DNA of 64,000 nucleotides from a virus, in IMG/VR virus record IMGVR_UViG_3300009550_000008; one strand, given 5' to 3'. A program made the translations under genes and the position numbers. This document shows, in pieces, positions 9,310 to 19,061 of this stretch. How positions within the stretch are numbered: the stretch's first letter is position 1; each line of letters starts with the position of its first letter. Below the pieces are notes generated by a model. The model did not search any database. It was given only the letters and a program-made list of their open reading frames with translations, and was not told the DNA's origin.

Positions 9310-10362
9310 ATGTCATTTTTAAAAGACTTAGTTAAAGCAACTGGAAACGAATATGCAAATATCGTATCCGATGGTGTTGCAGCTGGGGATGTAGACTCAT
9401 TCGTTGATACGGGGAGTTATGTCTTCAATGCATTACTTAGTGGTTCACTACACGGTGGACTTCCAAAAAACAAAATCACTGCAATTGCTGGAGAATCTGC
9501 AACAGGTAAAACTTATTTTGCCTTGGGAATGTGTAAACAATTCCTAGAAGATAATCCCGAAGCTGCAGTAATCTATTTCGAATCCGAATCTGCAATCAGT
9601 AAAGATATGATTGAGGACAGAGGAATCGATTCTAAAAGAATTGTTATCGTGCCTGTAGTAACAGTTCAGGAATTCAGGAAACAGGCAATTTCTATATTAG
9701 ACAAATATCTCGAAACTGATGAATCAGAAAGACCACCTATGATGATGTGTCTTGATTCATTAGGAATGTTGTCTACTACTAAAGAGATCGAAGATACTGC
9801 AGAGGGTAAAGAAACCCGAGACATGACTCGAGCTCAAGTAGTTAAAGGTGCATTCAGAGTATTGACTCTAAAACTTGGTAGGGCAGGTGTCCCTATGATA
9901 GTGACTAACCACACTTATGATGTGATTGGTTCCATGTTCCCACAAAAAGAAATGGGTGGTGGTAGTGGATTGAAGTATGCAGCTTCATCTATTATCTACT
10001 TGTCCAAGAAAAAAGAGAAGGAAGGAACCGAAGTTATTGGTAACATCATTCACTGTAAGAATGCAAAGTCAAGACTTACAGTTGAGAACAGAATAGTGGA
10101 TGTTAGATTAAACTATGAAACAGGTTTAGATAGATACTATGGATTACTTGATCTTGCACTTGCAAGTGGTATCTTCAAAAAGTCTTCAACAAGAGTTGAG
10201 CTACCAACAGGTAAAACCGAATTTGCAAAAACAATAAACAACAACCCTGAGAAATTCTTCACTGATGAAGTGATGGAAAGATTAGAAGAAGTTGTAAGAG
10301 ATTATTTTAAATATGGAAACGAGAATAGAACAGACGATACTCAAGAATCTGATTCAGAATGA
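9310..10362 (+). CDS. uvsX: RecA-like recombinase UvsX
   Basis: [35 protein letters not shown]. Confidence 0.96.
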   Translation: MSFLKDLVKATGNEYANIVSDGVAAGDVDSFVDTGSYVFNALLSGSLHGGLPKNKITAIAGESATGKTYFALGMCKQFLEDNPEAAVIYFESESAISKDMIEDRGIDSKRIVIVPVVTVQEFRKQAISILDKYLETDESERPPMMMCLDSLGMLSTTKEIEDTAEGKETRDMTRAQVVKGAFRVLTLKLGRAGVPMIVTNHTYDVIGSMFPQKEMGGGSGLKYAASSIIYLSKKKEKEGTEVIGNIIHCKNAKSRLTVENRIVDVRLNYETGLDRYYGLLDLALASGIFKKSSTRVELPTGKTEFAKTINNNPEKFFTDEVMERLEEVVRDYFKYGNENRTDDTQESDSE

Positions 10363-11692
10363 AGAGTTTACACGGAAGTGTATTCCTTTTCTAAGGCCTG
10401 AGTATTTCACAGATACATCTGAAAGAACAATCTATGAATTTACATATGATTACTTTCAGAAGTATACTAAACCACCCACAATAGAAGCACTTCTCATAAA
10501 TCTTGAGAACAGCACTTCCCTTAATGAGAAGACTCTCAAGGACACAAAATCTATTGTAAACGGTTTCGGTAGTGAAGAATCCCCACAGGAATGGCTGGTC
10601 GATGAGACAGAGCAGTGGTGCAAAGATAGAGCAATCTATATTGCAGTAATGGATTCAATCGAAGTGATCGATAAGAAGTCACAACGATCTACTGGTGAGA
10701 TACCAGAGCTCTTAAAGGATGCACTCTCCGTGTCCTTTGATACACATATAGGACATGATGTATTAGAAGACGCGGACGATAGATTTGAATTCTATCATAC
10801 GGAAGAAGAGAAGATTCCATTTGATCTAGAATACTTCAACAAAATCACAAAGGGTGGATTACCCAATAAGACACTGAACATTTGTCTTGCAGGCACAGGT
10901 GTTGGTAAGTCATTGTTCATGTGTCATATGGGTTCTGCAGCTTTGATGATGGGTAAGAATGTATTGTATATCACACTAGAAATGAGTGAAGAAAGAATTG
11001 CAGAGAGAATCGATGCAAACACTTTGAACATTCCTATGAAAGAACTTCCTGATATATCTAAGAAGATGTATGATAAGAAGATCGAGAAACTCAAGAACAA
11101 AACAAAAGGTAAACTAATTGTAAAAGAGTATCCAACTGCAGCTGCACATGTCGGACATTTCAGACATCTATTGCAAGAGTTAGATATCAAGAAAGACTTC
11201 AAACCCGATATCATCTTTATCGATTATCTAAACATATGTTCATCACATAGAATCAGGCCTGGTTCAGGTGCAAACTCTTACACTTTGGTCAAGAGTATTG
11301 CAGAAGAACTTAGAGGACTTGCAGTCGAATATGATGTACCTATTATGTCTGCAACTCAGACTACAAGATCAGGATACGGTTCGACAGATATTGGACTTGA
11401 AGATACATCAGAATCCTTTGGATTACCAGCGACAGCTGATATGATGTTTGCATTAATCACATCTGATGAACTCGAAGAACTAGATCAGTTGGTTGTAAAA
11501 CAGTTGAAGAACAGATACAATGACCCAACTATATTCAAGAGATTTGTTATCGGTGTAGATAGATCAAGAATGAAACTATATGATTGTGAACAAGAAGCAC
11601 AAGAAGAACTCTTAGACTCAGGGGATGACTATGATGATAGTGTTCCAGTCGCCGACAGAGGAAGAGACAGATATTCGGACTTTAAGATATGA
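10313..11692 (+). CDS. 41: Replicative DNA helicase gp41
   Basis: [38 protein letters not shown]. Confidence 0.97.
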   Translation: METRIEQTILKNLIQNEEFTRKCIPFLRPEYFTDTSERTIYEFTYDYFQKYTKPPTIEALLINLENSTSLNEKTLKDTKSIVNGFGSEESPQEWLVDETEQWCKDRAIYIAVMDSIEVIDKKSQRSTGEIPELLKDALSVSFDTHIGHDVLEDADDRFEFYHTEEEKIPFDLEYFNKITKGGLPNKTLNICLAGTGVGKSLFMCHMGSAALMMGKNVLYITLEMSEERIAERIDANTLNIPMKELPDISKKMYDKKIEKLKNKTKGKLIVKEYPTAAAHVGHFRHLLQELDIKKDFKPDIIFIDYLNICSSHRIRPGSGANSYTLVKSIAEELRGLAVEYDVPIMSATQTTRSGYGSTDIGLEDTSESFGLPATADMMFALITSDELEELDQLVVKQLKNRYNDPTIFKRFVIGVDRSRMKLYDCEQEAQEELLDSGDDYDDSVPVADRGRDRYSDFKI

Positions 11693-11832
11693 TAAAAAAG
11701 AAAAATATACAAAACAGAAGACAAAGAGCCCTAGATACTTTAATGAAAGTAAAGGAACCTAATGATCGTCAAAAGAAGGAGATTGCAATTCTGCAACAGC
11801 ATCTAAAGCTGCAAAACACTATTGACTCATAA
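11689..11832 (+). CDS. Small basic hypothetical protein (47 aa)
   Basis: Open frame coupled to the gp41 stop. Confidence 0.4.
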   Translation: MIKKKNIQNRRQRALDTLMKVKEPNDRQKKEIAILQQHLKLQNTIDS

Positions 11833-11855
11833 GGTATCATGGGTTATAATGGTAG

Positions 11856-12047
11856 ATGGTACAAAAAATGGTTGGGAAAACATTGAAATCTGATGAAGTA
11901 ATTGAGAGTATTACCTATAAAATACAACTCAAAAAAGACCTTAGACAGGCCAAATCAAAGGGTGATCTAAGAAAGGCTGATCTTATCCAACTAAAAATAA
12001 ATCAAATAGAAGAAAAACTTAAGTCGTCACCACTCTCCAAAACCTAA
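11856..12047 (+). CDS. Hypothetical protein
   Basis: ORF downstream of a TTGACT..TATAAT promoter. Confidence 0.55.
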   Translation: MVQKMVGKTLKSDEVIESITYKIQLKKDLRQAKSKGDLRKADLIQLKINQIEEKLKSSPLSKT

Positions 12048-12083
12048 ATAGTTGGGTATAACTTTTTTTAGGAGAACATTTAC

Positions 12084-12536
12084 ATGGCATGGGCAGACGA
12101 TATAATTTTATTAAATCTTAGAATTGCTAGACAGCAAAGATATGTCGACTACTTAGAGGGTGCTAACTCTAATGTTTTTGGGCCTAGAGGTGCAAATGCA
12201 GACCCAATGAATCCAGCACATACAAACGGATGTGACCCTGATGATTCAACTGCAGCTTCTCATAGATGGACAGGAACAGGTGGTGCAAACGCATACTTTG
12301 CTTGGTGGAGATCACAATTTTCATCCGCGGATGAGAACACAGCTGGTATAGAAGGTGCAGTATATGATGCATGGAAACACTGGAACGACACACTTTCACA
12401 GGACATTGCAAATGAGACAGGATATGCAGACACACTTGCAGGGCATAAGACAACTATTACCAATCTCACAACCAAGAGAGACCTTTTACAAGCAAATATC
12501 GACAACGGTGTTGAGCAGAAAACTGCACCCGAATAA
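12084..12536 (+). CDS. Hypothetical late/virion protein
   Basis: SD AGGAG; CCTAAATA late-like box at 12043-12050. Confidence 0.6.
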   Translation: MAWADDIILLNLRIARQQRYVDYLEGANSNVFGPRGANADPMNPAHTNGCDPDDSTAASHRWTGTGGANAYFAWWRSQFSSADENTAGIEGAVYDAWKHWNDTLSQDIANETGYADTLAGHKTTITNLTTKRDLLQANIDNGVEQKTAPE

Positions 12537-12588
12537 TAAAAAAGCATAAATAGTAGTATTACACAGGATTATGTGATATACTACTATT

Positions 12589-13794
12589 ATGGGTGCAAAG
12601 AACTTACATTTAGAACATTTAGAAGACGAGATCATCAATCAGGGTATTGATGGTGGTCGTGGTGCAATTAACTTTCTTCAAGGTCTAAGAGACATGTTGA
12701 AAGGTAATGCAAAGTCAGGGGTCAAGATGACCGTTAAATGGGACGGAGCTCCAGCGATATGGGCAGGGCCTCATCCCGAGACAGGACAATTCTTTGTTGC
12801 AAAGAAATCCCTCTTTACCAAAGCACAACTTCACTACACCTCAGAACAACAAATCAAAGATGCACCTGAACTCTCAGGTGATCTACAAACCAAATTCCTA
12901 GAAGCATTCAAACACCTTTCAAAGTTAAACTTTAGTAAGATATTACAGGGTGACTTGATGTTTACATCAGGTGATAAGAAGATGTCTACCATTGATGGTG
13001 AGTCATTCATAACATTCGGGCCAAACACAATTACATATGCAGTTCAAACATCGAGTGAACTGGGTAAACAAATAGCTGGTGCAAAATTAGGAATCGTATT
13101 CCATACCACATATACAGGTGCAACAATAGAAGATTTGGGTGCATCATTCGGTGCAGACATATCCAAACTAGGACATAGTTCTGATGTATGGGTAGATGAT
13201 GCAGAGTATAGAGATGTCAGTGGTAAAGGTTCGATGACAGCAAAAGAAACTCTCTCGTTAACTCAGGAGTTATCTAAAGCTGGTAAAGCATTCCACGGTA
13301 TCAAGAAGAAAGACTTAGAGAAGTTCAGAGAATTACAAACTGCAATTGCAAAGAAGGGTGCTGGGGCAACTTACAAGACCTATTGCAATTCACTTATCCG
13401 ACAAGGTAAATTTAAACCCACATATGATGGGTACATGAAACACTTTGAGAACTACTGGAGAGATAAAGTAGTTGGCAAAGTAAAACAAGAAAAGACAAAA
13501 CAAATTAAGAGAGACATTGGTGAACAACTATACAATGAAATGAGATCGATCAAGAAGTTTTTAACAAACCTTACACTATTCATGGGACACTTAGTTGTTG
13601 CAAAACAAATGATTATTGTTGTACTAAATAGAGTAAAGAGTATAGGAACATTTAAGAAGACTGCAAATGGTTTCGAGGCAGTAAACCCCGAAGGATATGT
13701 TGCAATCGATAGAAAAGGTGGTGCAGTCAAACTCGTAGATAGAATGGAGTTTGCATTTAATAACTTTACTGCACAAAAGGCATGGGACAAATGA
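12589..13794 (+). CDS. Conserved T4-like protein (DUF6267-like) with ligase/capping-type nucleotidyltransferase motifs
   Basis: KNLHLEHLED; TVKWDG (motif I KxDG), QGDLMF, PEGYVA (EGxV), VKLVDR. Confidence 0.65.
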   Translation: MGAKNLHLEHLEDEIINQGIDGGRGAINFLQGLRDMLKGNAKSGVKMTVKWDGAPAIWAGPHPETGQFFVAKKSLFTKAQLHYTSEQQIKDAPELSGDLQTKFLEAFKHLSKLNFSKILQGDLMFTSGDKKMSTIDGESFITFGPNTITYAVQTSSELGKQIAGAKLGIVFHTTYTGATIEDLGASFGADISKLGHSSDVWVDDAEYRDVSGKGSMTAKETLSLTQELSKAGKAFHGIKKKDLEKFRELQTAIAKKGAGATYKTYCNSLIRQGKFKPTYDGYMKHFENYWRDKVVGKVKQEKTKQIKRDIGEQLYNEMRSIKKFLTNLTLFMGHLVVAKQMIIVVLNRVKSIGTFKKTANGFEAVNPEGYVAIDRKGGAVKLVDRMEFAFNNFTAQKAWDK

Positions 13795-15071
13795 AGACAT
13801 TTAACAGATTCTTATCAGAGGCAAAAGAGAAAAGTTGTACATTTACTTTCGGTAGATTCAACCCGCCTACTACAGGTCATGAGTTACTCGTTAAGAAACT
13901 TATGAAGGTAGGTTCAGGAACAGATGTATTATTGTTCTCATCACACTCAAATGATAAAAGAAAGAATCCACTAAATCACAGAGATAAAGTTAAGTATCTC
14001 AAAAAGTTCTTTGGTAAAATTGTTGTTAATGCAAATGTTAAAACAGTATTTGAGATTGCAAACTATTTACAAGAACAGAAGTATGTAAATGTAAACATGG
14101 TTGTAGGTTCAGACAGAGTAAAAGAATTTGAAATGTTATTAACCAAATACAACGGAGTTAAAGCAAGACACGGATACTACAAGTTTAAGAATATAAACAT
14201 CATATCAGCTGGAGAAAGAGACCCCGATGCAGATGATGTTTCAGGGATGTCTGCAAGTAAGATGAGACAATTTGCAGAGGATGGAGATTTTGATTCATTC
14301 AAACAAGGTGTACCATCTAAAGGTAGAAGTGTTGCAAAGAAATTATACGATGATATCCGTAAAGGAATGGGTATCAATGAGGGTAATCTTCCTGAATACA
14401 TGATGGAAGATTTAATTACAGAAGGTGTTTATGACCCAGGCGTCTTCAAAGCAGTATTCCTTATGGGTGGGCCTGGTTCAGGTAAATCAACAGTTGTAGA
14501 TCAGTTGGCTTTAAAAGCACTAGGTCTTAAGATGGTGAATACTGATAAGGCATTCGAGGTTGGTCTTAAGAAAGCTGGAATGACTCTAGACCTTAGAGGT
14601 GCAGACTTTGATAAGGTTGACCCGATTCGTGCAAAGGCAAAGAAGATTACTGGTAAGAACATGGATGCATATATCTCAGGTAGACTAGGAATGATCTTTG
14701 ACACCACAGCTGCAAACAAATCTAAGATCGTTAGTTACAAGAAGATGTTAGATAAACTTGGTTACGAGTATAAAATGGTATTCGTTACTACATCCCTTGC
14801 AAATGCACAACATAGAAATAGTATGAGAGCAAGAAAACTACCATTCGATATCGTACAAAAAGACTGGGAAGCTGCAATGAAAAATGCAGATGAATTTAAG
14901 AAATTATTTGGGAAAGACTTCATATCAATCACTAATGATGATGACTTCAATACATTAAAGAAGAAAGCGAGTCAACTATACAAAGCTATGTTAACTTGGA
15001 CATCGAAGTTCCCATCAAACAAGTTTGCTCTTAAGTGGAGAGAACGCATGTTATTAAAGAAACGGGGATAA
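13791..15071 (+). CDS. HIGH-family cytidylyl/adenylyltransferase fused to a P-loop kinase
   Basis: FGRFNPPTTGH, VVGSDR, SASKMR; second domain MGGPGSGKS, IFDTT. Confidence 0.85.
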   Translation: MKTFNRFLSEAKEKSCTFTFGRFNPPTTGHELLVKKLMKVGSGTDVLLFSSHSNDKRKNPLNHRDKVKYLKKFFGKIVVNANVKTVFEIANYLQEQKYVNVNMVVGSDRVKEFEMLLTKYNGVKARHGYYKFKNINIISAGERDPDADDVSGMSASKMRQFAEDGDFDSFKQGVPSKGRSVAKKLYDDIRKGMGINEGNLPEYMMEDLITEGVYDPGVFKAVFLMGGPGSGKSTVVDQLALKALGLKMVNTDKAFEVGLKKAGMTLDLRGADFDKVDPIRAKAKKITGKNMDAYISGRLGMIFDTTAANKSKIVSYKKMLDKLGYEYKMVFVTTSLANAQHRNSMRARKLPFDIVQKDWEAAMKNADEFKKLFGKDFISITNDDDFNTLKKKASQLYKAMLTWTSKFPSNKFALKWRERMLLKKRG

Positions 15072-15079
15072 ATAATACT

Positions 15080-16312
15080 ATGTCAGCAAAGAAATACAGA
15101 GATTTTTTAAAGGAAGCAAACCTCGATAAATTCGATGAGGGTAAACTTGTATCTGATTGGTCATCTATACTCAAACTTATAACAGATAAGATTCAATCTA
15201 AACTAGGTAAAGAATACAAGAAGAATCCTGAAAGGGGTATTGCAATGATTAACACCATAGGTTCTATGGTTGGTGCAAAAGTTACTGATAAGAAACAACA
15301 GAAGGGTAGATTATTCCTTAAGTTTGGTGACCCTATAGAAGAAACAATCGAAGAGAATAAGGCTGCAAAACTTCTAAAGAAAGTTAAAGGTCTATCGAAA
15401 CAACAAGTACAAATGTTGTCTCAGTTACCAACACCAGTGTTAACATCGATGATTAACCAGTTGAGTGTTTTAGTTGCTGGGGACATACAAGAAGACGCTG
15501 CAGTAGACGCAGCTAATCTCAAGGCAAAACAAACCGAAGAGATGGAAAGACTCAAAGAGAAACAAGCTGGTGAGATGGAAGCTCTTAAAGATAGACATAC
15601 AAGACAAATGGATGCAATCAATCTACAGAAAGAGAAAGAAGCACAGAACAAAGCAATCGAGGCAGAAAGGGAATCTGCAAGAAAAGCTGCAACCAACGAA
15701 GAAGTTTTATATGAGAATGAAAAAGGTCTCAAGAACAAAGCAGAGAAATCAGGAATGCCTCTTGGTATATTGAAACAGGTATACAACAGAGGACTCGCTG
15801 CATACAAAACAGGACACAGGCCTGGTGCAACTGCACCTCAGTGGGCAATGGCAAGAGTTAATAGTTTTGTAACCAAGTCAAAAGGAACTTGGGGTGGTGC
15901 AGATAAAGACTTAGCTGCAAAGGTTCGAGGTAAGTCTGAGGGTTATAACGAAGACAAAGAAGAACAAGATAAAGATGTATCGAAGAATAAGGGTACACAA
16001 CCTAAGAAGTATTACAAAGGTTTAGACAAAGAAACTAAACAGAAAAGGGATGCACACTTCAAACAAGGTAAGACAGGGCCTGCTCCTGGCGATGAGGATG
16101 AAGATGGTAAACCTACAAAGACTAAGAAATCCACTCACACCAAAAAATTTCAAAAGATGTACGGTGAGAAACTAGACAAAAACTCAGACGCAGGAGATTA
16201 CATTGATGATTTCAGGAAGTCGGATGCACCACAGTTTAAGGGTAAATCCGATAAGAAAATTAGAAAGATGGCAATCGCAGCATTCTTGGACAAGAAAGAT
16301 GGCAGGAAATAA
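15080..16312 (+). CDS. Modular Lys/Glu-rich putative internal head protein (contains a DUF5824-like module)
   Basis: GILKQVYNRGLAAY..HRPGATAPQWAMARVNSF and DFRKSDAPQFKGKS modules; late box GATAAATA 15067-15074. Confidence 0.6.
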   Translation: MSAKKYRDFLKEANLDKFDEGKLVSDWSSILKLITDKIQSKLGKEYKKNPERGIAMINTIGSMVGAKVTDKKQQKGRLFLKFGDPIEETIEENKAAKLLKKVKGLSKQQVQMLSQLPTPVLTSMINQLSVLVAGDIQEDAAVDAANLKAKQTEEMERLKEKQAGEMEALKDRHTRQMDAINLQKEKEAQNKAIEAERESARKAATNEEVLYENEKGLKNKAEKSGMPLGILKQVYNRGLAAYKTGHRPGATAPQWAMARVNSFVTKSKGTWGGADKDLAAKVRGKSEGYNEDKEEQDKDVSKNKGTQPKKYYKGLDKETKQKRDAHFKQGKTGPAPGDEDEDGKPTKTKKSTHTKKFQKMYGEKLDKNSDAGDYIDDFRKSDAPQFKGKSDKKIRKMAIAAFLDKKDGRK

Positions 16313-16526
16313 ACACGACAACGGAGTCCTCGAACAGGGGACAGATGAGATAAGAATATCTTATCAAGAGGATACGCCTGGTCAATCAGTTGATGAGTAC
16401 ATCAAAGAGAAAGAAAAGTCATTCCACGAAACAAAAGAGACAATCAAGAAAAGATTCAAAGATGTATTCGGTAATCCATTGAAGGACTATCCATACAACG
16501 AGGAGTTCGAAGTTGAAGACCTTTAG
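16299..16526 (+). CDS. Hypothetical protein
   Basis: EQGTDE..YQEDTPGQ motif; operon continuity. Confidence 0.55.
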   Translation: MAGNKHDNGVLEQGTDEIRISYQEDTPGQSVDEYIKEKEKSFHETKETIKKRFKDVFGNPLKDYPYNEEFEVEDL

Positions 16527-17043
16527 AACACTTGCGATAGAAGAAACCGTTGCATCCTTACAAGAGAATCAGATCAATATATTCGATAATCCCTTTAGAT
16601 TAGGGTCAGAAATGTTCTTTGAAACTATCAAAGAAGCACGAAGACTACATTTAGAGGGTAGTTACATACCTACTGCAGTAGATAAGACCCTTTTAGAAAC
16701 AGATTTAGGGGAGTTTGCAGAGTATGAAGGACAACATGTACCATTAGATTGTCCTATGCATGAAGAGAAAGATGTAGAGTTAAACTCACCGAAAGTTGGT
16801 GGGCCAAAAAAGTATTATGTGTATGTTAAAGACCCCGAAACAAAGAAGATAAAGAAGATAACATGGGGTGACACAACAGGTTTAAAAGTCAAACTAGGAA
16901 ACGAGAAAGCAAGGAAATCGTTCGCTGCAAGACACAAATGTGATCAGGCAAATGACAAGATGACTGCTAATTATTGGTCATGTCGTTTACCTCATTATGC
17001 AAAACAACTGGGTCTTAGTGACGGTGGAAACTTCTTTTGGTAA
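16513..17043 (+). CDS. Conserved phage protein, putative internal head protein
   Basis: MKTF N-terminus; KKYYVYVKD..RKSFAARHKC..ANYWSC; SD GAGGAG. Confidence 0.65.
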   Translation: MKTFRTLAIEETVASLQENQINIFDNPFRLGSEMFFETIKEARRLHLEGSYIPTAVDKTLLETDLGEFAEYEGQHVPLDCPMHEEKDVELNSPKVGGPKKYYVYVKDPETKKIKKITWGDTTGLKVKLGNEKARKSFAARHKCDQANDKMTANYWSCRLPHYAKQLGLSDGGNFFW

Positions 17044-17058
17044 ACACTATATACTAAC

Positions 17059-17250
17059 ATGAGGAAAGAATTTCATCAGTTTCAATTGGATGGAAGAAAG
17101 GCAATAGTTTACTTTCACACCGAAATGGGGTGGGAAGTAGATTTATATGAAAACGATGTATTCCTAGAGACAAGAAAGGTTCACGATCACTCAGAGTCAT
17201 ATGCTGAGGATGTTGCAGAAAATTTTGTTCAAGGAATATACGGTGTCTAA
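17059..17250 (+). CDS. Hypothetical protein
   Basis: HSESYAEDVAENFVQG motif of marine T4-like phages. Confidence 0.55.
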   Translation: MRKEFHQFQLDGRKAIVYFHTEMGWEVDLYENDVFLETRKVHDHSESYAEDVAENFVQGIYGV

Positions 17251-17527
17251 ACCATACAGAGAAGAAATTTTAGAGAAACACGGAACTAGAGAGACTTATA
17301 GAATAAGGGAGTTTGAAGAAACCCTCGAAGATCGAGAGTTAATCTGGCACCGAGATGCAGAAACACGAAGGGTGTCTGTATTATCAGGGGATGGTTGGAA
17401 GTTACAGTTAGATGATGAACTTCCACAAACTTTAAAGGTAGGGGAAAGGTATGCTATACCTAAGTTAAAGTACCATCGGGTTATAAAAGGCAAAGGAAAT
17501 CTTGTTATAAAGATTGAGAATATATAA
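17243..17527 (+). CDS. Cupin-like hypothetical protein
   Basis: WHRDAE..GWKLQLDDELP..YHRVIKG; GTG start after AAGGA. Confidence 0.6.
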   Translation: MSKPYREEILEKHGTRETYRIREFEETLEDRELIWHRDAETRRVSVLSGDGWKLQLDDELPQTLKVGERYAIPKLKYHRVIKGKGNLVIKIENI

Positions 17528-17530
17528 ATA
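17523..17530 (+). promoter_or_regulatory. T4 late promoter
   Basis: Exact TATAAATA just upstream of ATG 17539. Confidence 0.75.
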
Positions 17531-17538
17531 ATACTGTT

Positions 17539-18327
17539 ATGAGTTATAAGTCAGAAAACTGGAAAGAGAAACTAGAACAAGTCCGTAATCACATTGCTTT
17601 AAAAGAAGGTAGTGTGGAGAAGACTGCAGATGAGATTCTTGAGTCACAGATCGAAGAAGAACTTAATACTTTTGATGACATTCAAGAAGTCACCGATAAA
17701 GAAATTAACGCCGTTAAGAAACTCTCTAAGCTTATTGAAAAGGCAAAGAAAGATTATTTCAAGATTGCAAAAATGGGTGATAAGACTCTCCAAGACACAA
17801 AGTTTAACGGGAAGTACGAGTCTCTTCTTCAAGCACAACAAGACATTCTTTCATTAATTGGTGAACTTACCAATGAAAAATTGATGCAAGGTGAAGAAGT
17901 TGTTGAAGAAGAAGTAATTCTTGAAGCTTCAATGGGTGATATGATTAAGAAAGTATTCAATACCAAGAGTGAAACAGAAGCAATGGGTATTGCAAAACTT
18001 CTTAACATGACCGATGTTAAAGTTGCACTTGCAATGCAGAAACAAAATCCAAAAGGATTTGTTAAAACTACATTCGCGATGGGTGCAGACAACAAGAACA
18101 AAGATATGATTAAGGATAAAGACCTTATGAAAATGTTCAAGAAAGCTGGTGTCAAACCATTACCCGAAGGTGTCGAAATCGAATCAGAAGAATCAGTTGA
18201 AAAGACTACAGAGAAACTCGTAGAGAGAAACATGTTGGGTCGTCTTGCAAAACAACTACAGCTCAACGAAGAAGGCAAACAAAAAATGTTTGCGTACTTT
18301 GAAAAAGGAGAACTAAACCAATCATGA
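17539..18327 (+). CDS. Charged modular late protein (putative head core/internal protein)
   Basis: Late promoter; Glu-rich linkers (EEVVEEEVILEA). Confidence 0.6.
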   Translation: MSYKSENWKEKLEQVRNHIALKEGSVEKTADEILESQIEEELNTFDDIQEVTDKEINAVKKLSKLIEKAKKDYFKIAKMGDKTLQDTKFNGKYESLLQAQQDILSLIGELTNEKLMQGEEVVEEEVILEASMGDMIKKVFNTKSETEAMGIAKLLNMTDVKVALAMQKQNPKGFVKTTFAMGADNKNKDMIKDKDLMKMFKKAGVKPLPEGVEIESEESVEKTTEKLVERNMLGRLAKQLQLNEEGKQKMFAYFEKGELNQS

Positions 18328-19058
18328 GTATACAAGACTTACCCCAAGGATTACTAGAAGCATCTAGAACAGTCCTACAAAATTCTAAGGACTATGAAGA
18401 GTTCTTTAAATCTGCACTAAAGAAGTTTGGTGTAGAATCACCAGCAGATTTTAAATCAGACGAAGAAAAGAAAAAGTTTTTCGACTATGTAGATAAGAAC
18501 TACAAAGGAGAAAAGTCTGAATCTGTAAAAAAGTATAGTCGAAGTTTTCGTTTAGACGAGGCTTCGTTAAACTATGTCTATTTCGATAAAGCAGAGGCAA
18601 ACAAATTCTCAAAGAAAATTGCATCTTTCGTAGATTCAGTTGATGTCGAGAGATCAGTAGCAGGTCACTTTAATGTTAAAGTTAAAGGAGACAAACAAGG
18701 ACTTAAGAAAGCTACTGATGTTGCAATCAAAATGTCAGAGAGTGTTGAAGTAGTTTCCGAAGCAAAGAAAGGAAAGTACAAATCTAAGAAACAAAATAAC
18801 ATTATCCGTGATATAGAAAAACTCAAAAAACAAGAGAAGAAAGACGGACACGATGTAAAAGACATCGATGCAATAGTCAAGATGATTAAAAAAGGTCTAG
18901 AGACTGAAATGTATGATGACATGGAAATCATGACTGGTAAAACTCTTAAACTATTAGATAAACATATGATGAATATGGATACTATGCCTAGAGAAGATAT
19001 TGCACAGATAATCCAAAAACACGACATAGACATGTATGATATGATATTCGGGTATTAA
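18324..19058 (+). CDS. Modular putative internal head protein
   Basis: YEEFFKSALKKFGV.SPADF..EEKKKFFDYVD module; LEA/DEA/SEA linkers. Confidence 0.6.
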   Translation: MSIQDLPQGLLEASRTVLQNSKDYEEFFKSALKKFGVESPADFKSDEEKKKFFDYVDKNYKGEKSESVKKYSRSFRLDEASLNYVYFDKAEANKFSKKIASFVDSVDVERSVAGHFNVKVKGDKQGLKKATDVAIKMSESVEVVSEAKKGKYKSKKQNNIIRDIEKLKKQEKKDGHDVKDIDAIVKMIKKGLETEMYDDMEIMTGKTLKLLDKHMMNMDTMPREDIAQIIQKHDIDMYDMIFGY

Positions 19059-19061
19059 ACC

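Noticed and set aside
13791-15071. Complete NAD reconstitution (NARP) pathway
   Set aside because: No nicotinamide phosphoribosyltransferase or ADPR-PP synthetase partner is visible in this window
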